Part shown: positions 48,046 to 57,899 of the stretch, one piece after another
How the letters are laid out: each line of letters begins with the position of its first letter
Numbering within the stretch: position 1 is the stretch's first letter
From: an uncultured Candidatus Saccharibacteria bacterium
GTDB lineage: Bacteria; Patescibacteriota; Minisyncoccia; Phycocordibacterales; UBA2100
Direction: 5' to 3'
Assembly: GCA_964545165.1 (NCBI GenBank)
Contig: CAZJEQ010000004.1
Location: 17,716-81,715, forward strand
DNA: 64,000 nucleotides
Notes under the pieces: generated by a model
What the model saw: the letters and a program-made list of their open reading frames with translations, nothing else
Database searches by the model: none
Told to the model about the DNA's origin: nothing
Made by a program: the position numbers and the translations under genes

Positions 48046-49845
48046 ATGGAAATCAGAAACATCGCCATCATCGCTCACGTCGACCACGGTAAGACGACTC
48101 TTACCGATGCGCTTTTGACGCAAACCGGCGCTGCGGAAGCGGGCGTTTCTATGGACTCAAACCAGCTCGAACGTGAGCGCGGCATCACCATTTACTCCAA
48201 AAATGCTGCCGTCATGTACAAGGGCACCAAGATCAACATCGTCGACACGCCCGGTCACGCCGACTTCGGCTCCGAAGTCGAGCGCGTGTTGCGCTCCATC
48301 GACTCGGTCTTGCTCGTCGTCGACGCCCAGGAGGGCCCGATGCCGCAGACACGCTTTGTATTGAAAAAGTCACTCGAACTCGGCATCAAACCGATTGTGG
48401 TCATCAACAAAATTGATAAGCCCGCCGCTGACCCGGCACGCTGCGAAGAGCAGGTCCTGGAACTCTTCCTCGAGCTCGGCGCTTCCGACGAACAGGCCGA
48501 TTTCCCAGTCATCTACGCGATCGGTCGTCAGGGCCTCGCAAAGATGAAACTCACCGATGATTCAAAAGATCTCACACCACTCCTTGATCTCATTCTCGCC
48601 AAGGTGCCACCAGCGGCGACCCCTGAGGCACTGCAGAAGCCTGCCCGACTCCAGACCTTCAACCTCGGCTATGACAACTTCCTCGGTAGACTCGCCATCG
48701 TGCGCGTCTACGATGGTACGTTGAAGACGGGCGACAATGTCTTCGTCAAAAAGCCGGACGGCGAGACGCGGTCGGGCAAAATCACGAAGATGTACACCTT
48801 CCTCGGGCTCGGCAAAGTCGAGGCGACCGAGGTGGGCGCCGGCGACATCGCCATGATCGCAGGGCTTCCGGACATTTTCATCGGCGAAACAGTCTCGACA
48901 GATAAAGACGCAGTCCCGCTGCCAGCGATCGCCATCGATGAGCCGACCATTTCGGTGAATTTCCTCGTGAACAACTCGCCATTCGCCGGCAAGGAAGGGA
49001 AGTTCGTCACCTCACGCCAGATTCGTGATCGCTTGGAGCGCGAACTCGAGATCAACGTCGGCCTCAAGGTCGACTTCACCGCGGTCGCAAGCGATGGCCC
49101 GGAGTCCGTCAAAGTCTCGGGTCGCGGCGAATTGCATATCGCCATCCTCATCGAGAATATGCGTCGTGAAGGGTACGAGCTCCAGGTCTCGCAGCCGCAG
49201 GTCATCTTCCATGAAGAGGGCGGCCACAAGCTCGAGCCATATGAGGAGGTCATTATCGACACCCCGCAGACCTACCAGGGTGCGATCATCGAGCGTCTCG
49301 GTACGCGCAAATTTGTTATGAAAGACCTCAAGGTGCATGAGAACCAGGTGCGCCTGACCTTCGAAGGTCCGACCCGCGGCCTCTTGGGCTACCGCTCGCA
49401 ATTCGTGCTCGACACCAAAGGCGAGGGCATTCTCTCGTCGCGCGTTGTCGGCTTCCGTGAGTACGCCGGTGAGATCAAGAAGCGCCAGGTAGGCTCGATG
49501 ATCTCGATGGCAAGCGGCAAGGCGCTTGGCTTCTCGCTGTGGAATTTGCAGGAGCGTGGCGTTGTCTATATCGGCCCAGCAGTGGAAGTCTACGAAGGCA
49601 TGGTTATCGGCAACACTTCGAAGGGCGAAGAGATGACGGTGAATCCGACCAAGGGTAAGCAACTCACCAACATGCGCTCGAAATCATCCGATGAAGCAAT
49701 GAATCTCGTGCCGCCGTATGAGCTCTCGATTGAGCGCGGCCTCGAGGTCATGGCCGAAGACGAGTATCTCGAGATCACACCGATCTCCGTGCGCCTCCGC
49801 AAGCAAGTCCTCGGCGAAGTCGACCGCACCAAATCGCGCCGCTAA
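48046..49845 (+). CDS. typA: ribosome-associated GTPase TypA/BipA
   Basis: [40 protein letters not shown]. Confidence 0.97.
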   Translation: MEIRNIAIIAHVDHGKTTLTDALLTQTGAAEAGVSMDSNQLERERGITIYSKNAAVMYKGTKINIVDTPGHADFGSEVERVLRSIDSVLLVVDAQEGPMPQTRFVLKKSLELGIKPIVVINKIDKPAADPARCEEQVLELFLELGASDEQADFPVIYAIGRQGLAKMKLTDDSKDLTPLLDLILAKVPPAATPEALQKPARLQTFNLGYDNFLGRLAIVRVYDGTLKTGDNVFVKKPDGETRSGKITKMYTFLGLGKVEATEVGAGDIAMIAGLPDIFIGETVSTDKDAVPLPAIAIDEPTISVNFLVNNSPFAGKEGKFVTSRQIRDRLERELEINVGLKVDFTAVASDGPESVKVSGRGELHIAILIENMRREGYELQVSQPQVIFHEEGGHKLEPYEEVIIDTPQTYQGAIIERLGTRKFVMKDLKVHENQVRLTFEGPTRGLLGYRSQFVLDTKGEGILSSRVVGFREYAGEIKKRQVGSMISMASGKALGFSLWNLQERGVVYIGPAVEVYEGMVIGNTSKGEEMTVNPTKGKQLTNMRSKSSDEAMNLVPPYELSIERGLEVMAEDEYLEITPISVRLRKQVLGEVDRTKSRR

Positions 49846-49939
49846 GCACTTTTTCTCAGAAAAAGTATTGACGCACGCGCTCAGTATCGTATTCTCTCTC
49901 TAGGCCAATTCCGGCCTTTTTCTTTTCGGAGGGGAAGAA

Positions 49940-50422
49940 ATGACGGAAGTACTGATTACCTCAGTTGGGAGGCAAGTTCCCCGGGCGATCGAACAGCACT
50001 TCGCAAAATACGGAGTGGGTTCGGATCACTTGAGTGAGCCGTTCCGCGTCACACAGGATGAAGTGAGCGCGTTCACCCGCCTCTTCAACGACACGAATCC
50101 CATTCACACGTCCGAGAGCGGGCTCGGGGCTTCGGTTGTTCCGGCGCTTATGATTCCGCCGCTCATCACCAAGCATCGGCCAGTGCCGACGCCGTATGAG
50201 CTGGCCGGTCGGCAGCTCGGAATCAAGGAGACGGGCAAAACCGAATACCGCAAGCCGATGTTCGTCGAGGTCGACGAGGCCCGGGTGAAATATCGATTGC
50301 TCGAGGTGCCGCGGGCAACGGCGCTCGGGGTCATGATTCCGGTCGCGTATGCGATCGTCGTCGATGACAAGGACATTGTGCGCGGATCGCTCACGCTGAC
50401 CTACTTCGAACTTCGCAACTGA
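49940..50422 (+). CDS. MaoC-like hotdog-fold protein
   Basis: VTQDEVSAFTRLFNDTNPIH motif; GGAGG SD. Confidence 0.7.
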   Translation: MTEVLITSVGRQVPRAIEQHFAKYGVGSDHLSEPFRVTQDEVSAFTRLFNDTNPIHTSESGLGASVVPALMIPPLITKHRPVPTPYELAGRQLGIKETGKTEYRKPMFVEVDEARVKYRLLEVPRATALGVMIPVAYAIVVDDKDIVRGSLTLTYFELRN

Positions 50423-50487
50423 GAGAGCTCTATATCGAGCGCGGGACCCGATTGGTCACGCGCTCGAACTGCATAAGGGCAATTTGA

Positions 50488-50568
50488 TATGCTCCACGTC
50501 ACATCTCTACAGAGATGTGTCCGGGCATAACTCCTGAGATTCCCTGCTGAGAATCTCAGGGTTACAAT
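50488..50568. repeat. structured dispersed repeat, single unit (unit 3)
   Basis: tatgctc-cacgtc-acatctc-taca-gagatgt-gtcc-gggcata-actc-ctgagattc...gaatctcag-ggttacaat. Confidence 0.88.
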
Positions 50569-50575
50569 GACAAGT

Positions 50576-50968
50576 ATGAAAAAGCCACTACCCGAAAACG
50601 AAGAGGGATTTAAGGAGATGCTTACGCCGGAAGAATATAAAGTGCTGCGTGAGAAGGGGACGGAAGCGCCATTTAGCGGCGAATATGTCCACGAAAAGGC
50701 CGACGGCACCTACGAGTGTAAGGTCTGCGGTAATCCGCTTTTTGATTCGACCTCCAAATTTGATAGTGGCACGGGCTGGCCGTCATTTGATTCTGCGCTC
50801 CCCGGCGCGGTCGAGACGCACGCTGATACCGAGCACGGTATGGTGCGCACCGAAATCACCTGCGCGCGCTGTGGCTCCCACCTCGGTCACGTCTTCGACG
50901 ACGGCCCCACTGCTACAGGTAAGAGGTACTGTATAAACTCGGTTTGTCTTGATTTAGAAGAGAAGTAG
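50576..50968 (+). CDS. msrB: peptide-methionine (R)-S-oxide reductase
   Basis: [36 protein letters not shown]. Confidence 0.96.
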   Translation: MKKPLPENEEGFKEMLTPEEYKVLREKGTEAPFSGEYVHEKADGTYECKVCGNPLFDSTSKFDSGTGWPSFDSALPGAVETHADTEHGMVRTEITCARCGSHLGHVFDDGPTATGKRYCINSVCLDLEEK

Positions 50969-50980
50969 CTCAAAATAACT

Positions 50981-51018
50981 TGCAGATATAAAAGTGCGAT
51001 CGCACTTTTATATCTGCA
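50981..51018. terminator. perfect 38-bp palindrome, bidirectional terminator candidate
   Basis: tgcagatataaaagtgcgatcgcacttttatatctgca, between convergent genes. Confidence 0.65.
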
Positions 51019-51058
51019 GCAGTGTTAGAGCCCGTGCTATGCACCAGCACCAGGGAGG

Positions 51059-52738
51059 CTAGTAAATACCGGGGATGAATTTCCAGGGCGTCTTTTTTTG
51101 ATAGAGAGCGTAGTCGGGATTGGACCACTGCATGAAATTGTCTTCACGCTCCGAGCGAATCCAGTAGAGGAAGAGGTACATACTCAGTCCCAGCCACTGC
51201 ACGCCGGCGGCGAGGCCGACGAGCTCGGTCACAAAAAACATGCACGCCTCCAGGGTGTAATTCGGGTGGCGCATCACGCTGTAGAAGCCGCTTGTGCGCA
51301 CACCCTTATCGGTCATGAGGTCAAAGAGAATGCCGAGATTAAAAATCGAAAGCATATAGAGGAGGTTGAGTACGAGTCCGAGGATGAGCATGAGGTAGAG
51401 CAATGGGCCTGCCGTGATGATGGGATCGATGCCGGTGAAGGCGGGGCTCATCTGCCAGATCACGATGCCGAAGAGCGGGTAGCAGAAGCCATTGGTGAGC
51501 CAGCCGGTCACCGTGAAGTCGAGGTTGCGGATGTACTTGCCCCAGAGGATGGAGAGGACTGAGTAGCCGTAGCCGATGAGGACTCCGACGACCGTGAGCG
51601 CCCAAATGAGGAATTTTGCTTGTTCAAACCATGTCTCGATCGTCGGCGCGGGGAAGCCAATCGCGAGCGCGGCCTGGATGTCGCCACGCAGAAAGCCGAG
51701 GAGTGTCGACGCAAAGGCGTACACGATAATGAGGTGCAGCGCCCAGAGGATGATGCCGCGCTGGAATGAGACGCGTTGTACGCCACTGGTGCCCTGGTAC
51801 GAAATCCATCGCCACAGCGTGAGGATCGGTGAGCGTTGTCGATAGGCCAGGTAGCCGTAATAGAGCGCGCCAATGAGCGCGTACGCGTAGGGCAGTATCC
51901 GCGTCACATCGTCGTACAGATACACGGAGGGTAGCGACAAGCGGCGTGAGATTTCAAAGGAGAGATACGCGAGAAAATATAACGGCATCTTTACCACAAA
52001 CCACGTAAAGGGAATGCCCGCGATGAGATGCGTGATCCAAAAAAAGGCCTGGCGTGAAAGCGGGATGCGACGCAGCGCCTCGCCAAGGACTATGAACGGC
52101 GAGCGTCTCGTACGTAGATAGGTGAGCGCGTATCCGAGTAGTGTGAGTGCCATCACGGCGATTTCCAGAGCAGTGAGCAGGCCATTATCGAAGAGCGTCA
52201 CCTGCGTCGCATATTGGTATTCACTCGCAAAGAGCGGTGCATCCGTCTGGCTCACGCCAATGGGTAATGCAATTTCTGAGCGCGATGCGTCCGCACGAAT
52301 AATCGACACTTGCCCGAGACTCTCTCGATCGCGAAAGATGTGGAGTGCGTCTCCCTCGTGGAGACCACTCGTCGTTCCGAGAGATACGTAGGTCCGACCA
52401 TCTTCTTCGAAGACGAGCCCATGACGACCAATGGGCCATGACATGTCGCGCGGATCAATGCGAAGTGTTGCGCGATCATTGGCGACGCTTTCTACAACGC
52501 CGGTACCAATCGGCGCCTTCCAGGTGCTGTTGAAGCGATAGAGCGTGAGGCGCTGACCGCGCTCGATGGTGGACTCTTGTGGGTCATACGTAATCGCCAC
52601 GAGCGTCTCCTCGAGCGTCTGTGTCACCGCGAAGTGCTGTGTCGCTCGTCCGTGGAAGGGGGCGAGGATGAGCAGGACGACAAAGAGGGCCAGCGTGACC
52701 TCGACCGCAATGGAGACTCCTCGGTTAATGAAGGTCAT
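51059..52738 (-). CDS. multi-pass membrane protein with C-terminal ICMT/PEMT methyltransferase domain
   Basis: TSGFYSVMRHPNY...R..RED...Y..Y..KTPWKFIPGIY. Confidence 0.8.
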   Translation of the reverse strand: MTFINRGVSIAVEVTLALFVVLLILAPFHGRATQHFAVTQTLEETLVAITYDPQESTIERGQRLTLYRFNSTWKAPIGTGVVESVANDRATLRIDPRDMSWPIGRHGLVFEEDGRTYVSLGTTSGLHEGDALHIFRDRESLGQVSIIRADASRSEIALPIGVSQTDAPLFASEYQYATQVTLFDNGLLTALEIAVMALTLLGYALTYLRTRRSPFIVLGEALRRIPLSRQAFFWITHLIAGIPFTWFVVKMPLYFLAYLSFEISRRLSLPSVYLYDDVTRILPYAYALIGALYYGYLAYRQRSPILTLWRWISYQGTSGVQRVSFQRGIILWALHLIIVYAFASTLLGFLRGDIQAALAIGFPAPTIETWFEQAKFLIWALTVVGVLIGYGYSVLSILWGKYIRNLDFTVTGWLTNGFCYPLFGIVIWQMSPAFTGIDPIITAGPLLYLMLILGLVLNLLYMLSIFNLGILFDLMTDKGVRTSGFYSVMRHPNYTLEACMFFVTELVGLAAGVQWLGLSMYLFLYWIRSEREDNFMQWSNPDYALYQKKTPWKFIPGIY

Positions 52739-52814
52739 GGAAGCGCATCATAGCAAAAACCACTCTTTTTGGGGGTGCTTGCAGGCCCCTATATACGTGG
52801 CAGTATGCATGCAT

Positions 52815-53435
52815 ATGGGTACATACAAATATTACATAGTCGGTGTCATGGCGCTTATTTTAGTAGCAGCAGGTGCGTTTTATCTTCTCAAGGGCGACAC
52901 GCTCACCCCGGCCTCTCAAGAGGAGACCCCGCAGGGACCAGCGATGGTCGCGACGAGCACATATGCCACCACGACCTATTCGATCGTTTACCCGAATGAC
53001 TTCACCGTTGATCCGCAGTATTCAAATACGTCAGTCAACCCGCAGAAGCCGATTGCTGGCGTAAAATTTACTATTCCGCTCGCGATGGCGACGGGCACGA
53101 ATCTCTCGAGCGATACCTATATGAGCGTCGAGCAGCTTCCGCGCGCCAAAAACTGCACGGGCGATATTTATCTGTCGGCCAATGTCACTGCCATCGATGA
53201 GACGGTCAATGGCATTTCGTACTCAGTCGCCCAATCAAGTGATGCCGGGGCGGGGAATCTCTACGAGGAAATGGTCTACGCGCGCGCGAGCTCGAATCCG
53301 TGCACGGCGGTACGCTATGTCATCCACTCGACGCAGATTGCCAACTATCCAGAAGGCACCGTGCGAGCATTTGATCGCGCCGCACTTCTCGCTTCCTTCG
53401 ATCAGATCCGTGATTCGCTGATGCTCATCCAGTAG
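52815..53435 (+). CDS. hypothetical membrane-anchored protein
   Basis: N-terminal TM helix; GTNLS.D, DAGAGNLYE, one Cys pair. Confidence 0.75.
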   Translation: MGTYKYYIVGVMALILVAAGAFYLLKGDTLTPASQEETPQGPAMVATSTYATTTYSIVYPNDFTVDPQYSNTSVNPQKPIAGVKFTIPLAMATGTNLSSDTYMSVEQLPRAKNCTGDIYLSANVTAIDETVNGISYSVAQSSDAGAGNLYEEMVYARASSNPCTAVRYVIHSTQIANYPEGTVRAFDRAALLASFDQIRDSLMLIQ

Positions 53436-53500
53436 CACTAGGGGTTCAAAAAAAGGCACGCTCGGAAGGGCGTGCCTTTTTAATGATACGATTTCGTGAC

Positions 53501-54058
53501 ATGACTCGTAAGCAGGTCTTCATCGTCCTTGTTCTCATCGGCGCGCAATTGCTCGTCTTGCTGGCATTCGGACAGCCGCTTATCAGCGACAGCGGTGTTG
53601 TGAAATTCTGGGAGGGCAACATTCACTCAAGTGGCATGTCGCAGCATCTCACCGATTGGTACACCTTCTCGCATATCATCCATGGCATCCTCTTTTTCTA
53701 TCTGCTCAAGTACCTTTTCCCGGCGAAGCCGCTCATGTGGCGACTCGCGATTGCCGTCGGCATCGAGGCGGCGTGGGAAATCGCAGAGAACTCCACGATG
53801 GTGATTGAGCACTATCGGCAGCAGGCACTCGCGGCAGGATATACGGGCGATAGTATCTTGAATTCGATATCTGATACCGCCGCGATGATGCTCGGATTTT
53901 TCTTTGCGTCGCGCACCCGTGCCACGATCGTCATAGCTGCCGCGGTTGCGGCAGAGCTGTTTACGCTCTATATGATTCGCGACAACCTCACCCTCAACGT
54001 CATCAATCTTATACACGTGGTACCGGCGATCGACGCGTGGCAGGCAGGAGTACGGTAA
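53501..54058 (+). CDS. DUF2585 family membrane protein
   Basis: SQHLTDWYTFSHIIHG, WEIAEN, YTGDSILNS, IRDNLTLN. Confidence 0.9.
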   Translation: MTRKQVFIVLVLIGAQLLVLLAFGQPLISDSGVVKFWEGNIHSSGMSQHLTDWYTFSHIIHGILFFYLLKYLFPAKPLMWRLAIAVGIEAAWEIAENSTMVIEHYRQQALAAGYTGDSILNSISDTAAMMLGFFFASRTRATIVIAAAVAAELFTLYMIRDNLTLNVINLIHVVPAIDAWQAGVR

Positions 54059-54062
54059 GCAC

Positions 54063-54593
54063 ATGCCACCGGTCGATATTCGGATAAGTGAGCGTGCGCG
54101 GGCGATGCGCGTCGCCGTGCATCCAGGCGGGGAGGTGGTCCTCACGGTTCCGCGACGCGCCTCGCAAATGGCCATCGACCGATTCCTTGCGCGGTACGCC
54201 GTGTGGATCGAGCGTGCGCGCGCCACGTCTGCGCACGTGCGCGTCATCTCTGCGGAGCGACGGTTGCTCGCTATGTACAAGCGAGAGGCCCAGGCGCTCG
54301 CGGCACGATGGTGTGCACACTATGCAGCGAGATACAGGGTGCGATATCGCAAGATCACGATACGCGCTCAAAAACGTCGCTGGGGAAGCTGCTCGCGCGA
54401 AGGCAACCTCAGCTTCAATTACAAGATTGCGCTGTTGCCCGAGGAGGTGATGCGGTATGTCATCGTGCATGAGATTTGTCATCTGCGGCAGTTTGATCAC
54501 TCCAAAAAGTTTTGGGATCTTGTCGCGCATGAGGTGCCTAATCATCGTGCCCTGCGTGCACAGCTCAGGAACCTGGTCGTGCGCTTCTCATAA
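54063..54593 (+). CDS. YgjP/DUF45 (M48-like) metallohydrolase
   Basis: QKRRWGSCS, YVIVHEICHL..DHSKKFW. Confidence 0.9.
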   Translation: MPPVDIRISERARAMRVAVHPGGEVVLTVPRRASQMAIDRFLARYAVWIERARATSAHVRVISAERRLLAMYKREAQALAARWCAHYAARYRVRYRKITIRAQKRRWGSCSREGNLSFNYKIALLPEEVMRYVIVHEICHLRQFDHSKKFWDLVAHEVPNHRALRAQLRNLVVRFS

Positions 54594-54674
54594 GATCTAG
54601 CAGTCCGTATGGTATAGTTTCGACGCAGCAAACGGTCACGTTCACGCTCGCCTCATCATACTTTTAGGACTCTT

Positions 54675-54956
54675 ATGACAGATTTCACCCAAATGTACGT
54701 GTTCTTTATTATTACTTCACTCGCGGTCGTGGTCGTTACCCTCTTGGTGAGTCTTGCGTTGTACTATGTGGTGCGAATTCTTCGCACGGTGGATCGTTTG
54801 TCGACTGCTGCGCTGGATGAGGCAACGTTGTTGCGCGAAGACATTGCAGAGCTTCGTACGAATGTTCGCACTGAGGGTATGAAAGTGAAGTCGTTCGTGA
54901 AATTTGGGAGGAAGTTCGTGGAGCGTTTCTTCGAAGGTACACCTATTAAAAAGTAA
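54675..54956 (+). CDS. small membrane protein
   Basis: N-terminal TM helix + helical region. Confidence 0.7.
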   Translation: MTDFTQMYVFFIITSLAVVVVTLLVSLALYYVVRILRTVDRLSTAALDEATLLREDIAELRTNVRTEGMKVKSFVKFGRKFVERFFEGTPIKK

Positions 54957-54965
54957 TTAATTTCT

Positions 54966-55361
54966 ATGGTGAATAAAAAACAGGTCAGTATTGGTGCAGG
55001 TGCGGTCGCCGCAGCCGCCGCTGCAGCAGCTGCTGGGTATTACTTTTATGCGAGCAAAGATGCCAAGCAGCATCGCAAAGTGGCCGCGAAATGGGCTGGT
55101 GGCCTGAAGCGCGAAGTTATCCGCGAGGCTAAGAAGCTCAAGACCGTGGATCGCGCCAAGATCGCCGCCGCAATCGACACTGCGGTCTCCGCGTACGAGA
55201 ACGTTCGTTCAGTCGATTCTAAAGAGCTCGTGCGTGCTGCAAAAGAATTGAAAAACAACTGGCGCGAAGTCGTTGCTGAGGTAGGGGTCGGCACAGCAAA
55301 GCGTGCTACCAAACGCGTGGTGAAGCGCGCAGTCAAGAAGGCTGCAAAGCGTGCACGATAG
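54966..55361 (+). CDS. hypothetical protein, Ala-rich TM helix and Lys/Arg-rich tail
   Basis: AAAAGYYFY; C-terminal KRAVKKAAKRAR. Confidence 0.75.
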   Translation: MVNKKQVSIGAGAVAAAAAAAAAGYYFYASKDAKQHRKVAAKWAGGLKREVIREAKKLKTVDRAKIAAAIDTAVSAYENVRSVDSKELVRAAKELKNNWREVVAEVGVGTAKRATKRVVKRAVKKAAKRAR

Positions 55362-55364
55362 CGC

Positions 55365-56303
55365 ATGCGACGACTCCTCCCGACGCTCGTAGTCCTGGCT
55401 GGCATCGGCGCGGCGGGGTACGTGTATCGAGAGCCACTCAGCGTATTTGCGAGCCAGGTGTACGGACAGGTCTTGCCCTGTACGAAGCCGATTACCTATT
55501 CGATCGGCACGATTGATCCGCGCTTCAATATCACGGAGTCCGATGTGGCTGCTGTTCTTGCTGAGGCATCGAGCGTATGGGGCGCAGCGCTCGACCGTAC
55601 GCTCTTTGTGTATCGTGAGAGTGGCGGCGCGCTGACGGTCAATTTTATGTACGATGCGCGGCAAGAGACGACGAGCGCGCTTCGCTCGCTTGATGCGGCA
55701 ATTACCGATGATAAAGATGCGTATGATGCCGTGAACGCGGAGTATCAGCGATTGCTCGCCGCCTACAAGACGGCGCAGGCTCGCTTTGAGGCTGACGCTC
55801 AGGCCCTCGGACGTGACACGGCCGCATACCAGGCGGAGGTGACACGCATCAATGCTCGCGGCGGTGCCAAGCCGGGCGAGTACGAGCGTTTACAAAAAGA
55901 AAAAGCGGTACTCGATGCACGCCAGGATGCACTCGAAACGCGCCGCGCCGCGCTCAATACGCAGGCGAGCGCGGTCAATGCCAAGGTCCAAGAACTTAAC
56001 CACCTTGCTGGCGAAGTGAATACGGGTGCCTCAACATACAACGCCGTCGCCGAAGGGCATGACGAAGAATTTGAAGAAGCGCTCTATCAGAGCGCACCGG
56101 GTACGCAAGAGATTGACGTATTTGAATATGATTCACGTGCGCGGCTAGTGCGTGTGCTCTCGCATGAATTTGGTCATGCCCTCGGGCTCGAGCATGTCGC
56201 GGATCCGGAAGCGATCATGTACCGACTCAATCAAGGTACCAAGAGTGAGCTCGTCGGAGCAGACGTTGCGGAATTGCATGCCGCATGTCGCATCGCACCG
56301 TAG
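55365..56303 (+). CDS. matrixin (M10) family metalloprotease with coiled-coil insert
   Basis: HEFGHALGLEH and Met-turn AIMY. Confidence 0.88.
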   Translation: MRRLLPTLVVLAGIGAAGYVYREPLSVFASQVYGQVLPCTKPITYSIGTIDPRFNITESDVAAVLAEASSVWGAALDRTLFVYRESGGALTVNFMYDARQETTSALRSLDAAITDDKDAYDAVNAEYQRLLAAYKTAQARFEADAQALGRDTAAYQAEVTRINARGGAKPGEYERLQKEKAVLDARQDALETRRAALNTQASAVNAKVQELNHLAGEVNTGASTYNAVAEGHDEEFEEALYQSAPGTQEIDVFEYDSRARLVRVLSHEFGHALGLEHVADPEAIMYRLNQGTKSELVGADVAELHAACRIAP

Positions 56304-56421
56304 TTCAGCAGCTTTTCATGGTGCATTGCATATAGTGCATCTCTCGCGGCCACGCCCTCCGGGCAGGGGAGATCCCCATCGCCGTCGTTTCCATTATCAT
56401 TATTCGTCTCATAACGTATCT

Positions 56422-56553
56422 ATGAATCAGAAACACAACGATAATCGCGATAACAAGAATGAACTCAACACCTCTCAGGTCTCTGGCCAGGGCGGCTCAC
56501 AGAGTCAGGGCGCATCGAAGGACAGTAAGGATGCGATGGAGGACACTGAATAG
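56422..56553 (+). CDS. small hydrophilic protein (43 aa)
   Basis: MNQKHNDNRDNKNELNTSQVSGQGGSQSQGASKDSKDAMEDTE*, followed by a hairpin with T tract. Confidence 0.5.
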   Translation: MNQKHNDNRDNKNELNTSQVSGQGGSQSQGASKDSKDAMEDTE

Positions 56554-56655
56554 TTTGCTTAGCCTCGCCGTCTCGCACGAGGCGGCGAGGCATTTCTCAT
56601 GCGGTCAGCTTAAAAATCCTAAAGGCCGTGCGGAGCACGGCCTTTGGAACGAACA

Positions 56656-57060
56656 TTATTTGCGCGAAGCTTTCAGCTCGTTCGCGTAAGCCAAACAGAG
56701 GTGCACCTCGTCCCAGTAGTATTCGATGTCCTCTGCGGCCATACCCTTCCAGGGCTGCGTTTCGCGCTCGCGCTCGAGGTCATCGCGGTAGATTGTGCAG
56801 TGATGCACGAGTTTGCTCAGGGCGATATGCTTCTGAGCCTCCGGCGTGCTGCACGCGACCGAGGCGCGCTCCCCAGGCCGTAGGTACACCGGGCACTGGA
56901 AGTGCTGAGGATGGTTCGGTGCGATTCTGCTCTCCATCGTGCTCACGGCGTCTTGCAAGAGTGGCAGGACGGCGGCCTTTTCGGTATCGGCGGTGATCGG
57001 TTGTGCGCAGATTGGCGTGCTCACCGTGAGCAGCGCGAAAGCGAGAAGGAGGTGCTTCAT
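56656..57060 (-). CDS. hypothetical secreted protein
   Basis: Signal peptide MKHLLLAFALL; four further Cys. Confidence 0.6.
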   Translation of the reverse strand: MKHLLLAFALLTVSTPICAQPITADTEKAAVLPLLQDAVSTMESRIAPNHPQHFQCPVYLRPGERASVACSTPEAQKHIALSKLVHHCTIYRDDLERERETQPWKGMAAEDIEYYWDEVHLCLAYANELKASRK

Positions 57061-57268
57061 TGTGATCCCCGAATCGTGTGGCGTTGCTGGGTTATCCCAG
57101 CAAAACTATGCCCGGAGGGTGACACGCTGTCAACTGCGTGCAGGTATCGACTCATAAAGCGGTTCATCGGTGCTTCACTGCATGTGGTGTTTACTCATAT
57201 ACAGGTGGTCACTCACTAGAGTATGCTGATAGCGGCTCCTTGCGGAGCCGCTATCACACGTGAATAAA

Positions 57269-57865
57269 ATGAAACGCACCACGCGCATTATCCTTATCTT
57301 CGTTATCATCGCGGCACTCATCGTGTTTGCCGCGACCCTCGTGCATGCTGTGTGGTATGCGCCCGCTGATAATCTCCAGGTCCCGGCGACGACCACCACC
57401 GCGCGCCTCGTGCCGCCAGAAGAGCAGCCCGCACGACTCATCATTCCTGCCATCGAGGTGGATGCTGCTGTGCAGTATGTCGGGGTGACGGCTCAGGGTG
57501 CTATGGGAGTACCCAATAACTTTTCAGATGTCGCGTGGTACAAATACGGCACCGTGCCGGGTGAGCGCGGGAGCGCCGTTATCGATGGTCACGTTGACAA
57601 CGGCCTCTCGCTCGCGGGTGTTTTCAAACGTCTCGGCGAACTCAAACCTGGTGATGATGTGTATATTGAGCGTAAAAATGGTGAGCGCACGCACTTCCGC
57701 GTAGAAGCAATGGAGACATACCCGTATCAAGAAGTGCCGCTGGAGCGCGTCTTCAACAAAGATACTGATGCGTACCTCAATCTCATCACCTGCGGTGGTT
57801 CGTGGATCAAAACTGCCAAGACCTATGATCAGCGGCTCGTCGTGTATACGCGATTGGTTCGGTAA
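57269..57865 (+). CDS. class F sortase
   Basis: PARLIIPAI, PGERGSAVIDGHVD, LNLITCGG...RLVVY. Confidence 0.9.
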   Translation: MKRTTRIILIFVIIAALIVFAATLVHAVWYAPADNLQVPATTTTARLVPPEEQPARLIIPAIEVDAAVQYVGVTAQGAMGVPNNFSDVAWYKYGTVPGERGSAVIDGHVDNGLSLAGVFKRLGELKPGDDVYIERKNGERTHFRVEAMETYPYQEVPLERVFNKDTDAYLNLITCGGSWIKTAKTYDQRLVVYTRLVR

Positions 57866-57899
57866 TTCACCGCAAACCGAGACGTGATATATTGCCCAC

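Noticed and set aside
50520-50548. dif/Xer site (ccgggcataa resembles the XerC arm)
   Set aside because: No XerD arm (TTATGTTAAAT-like) at 6-nt spacing.
57107-57126. Possible degenerate reverse copy of the repeat (tatgcccgga-gggtgacac)
   Set aside because: Only short matches; the ACGTC linker and both hairpins are absent.
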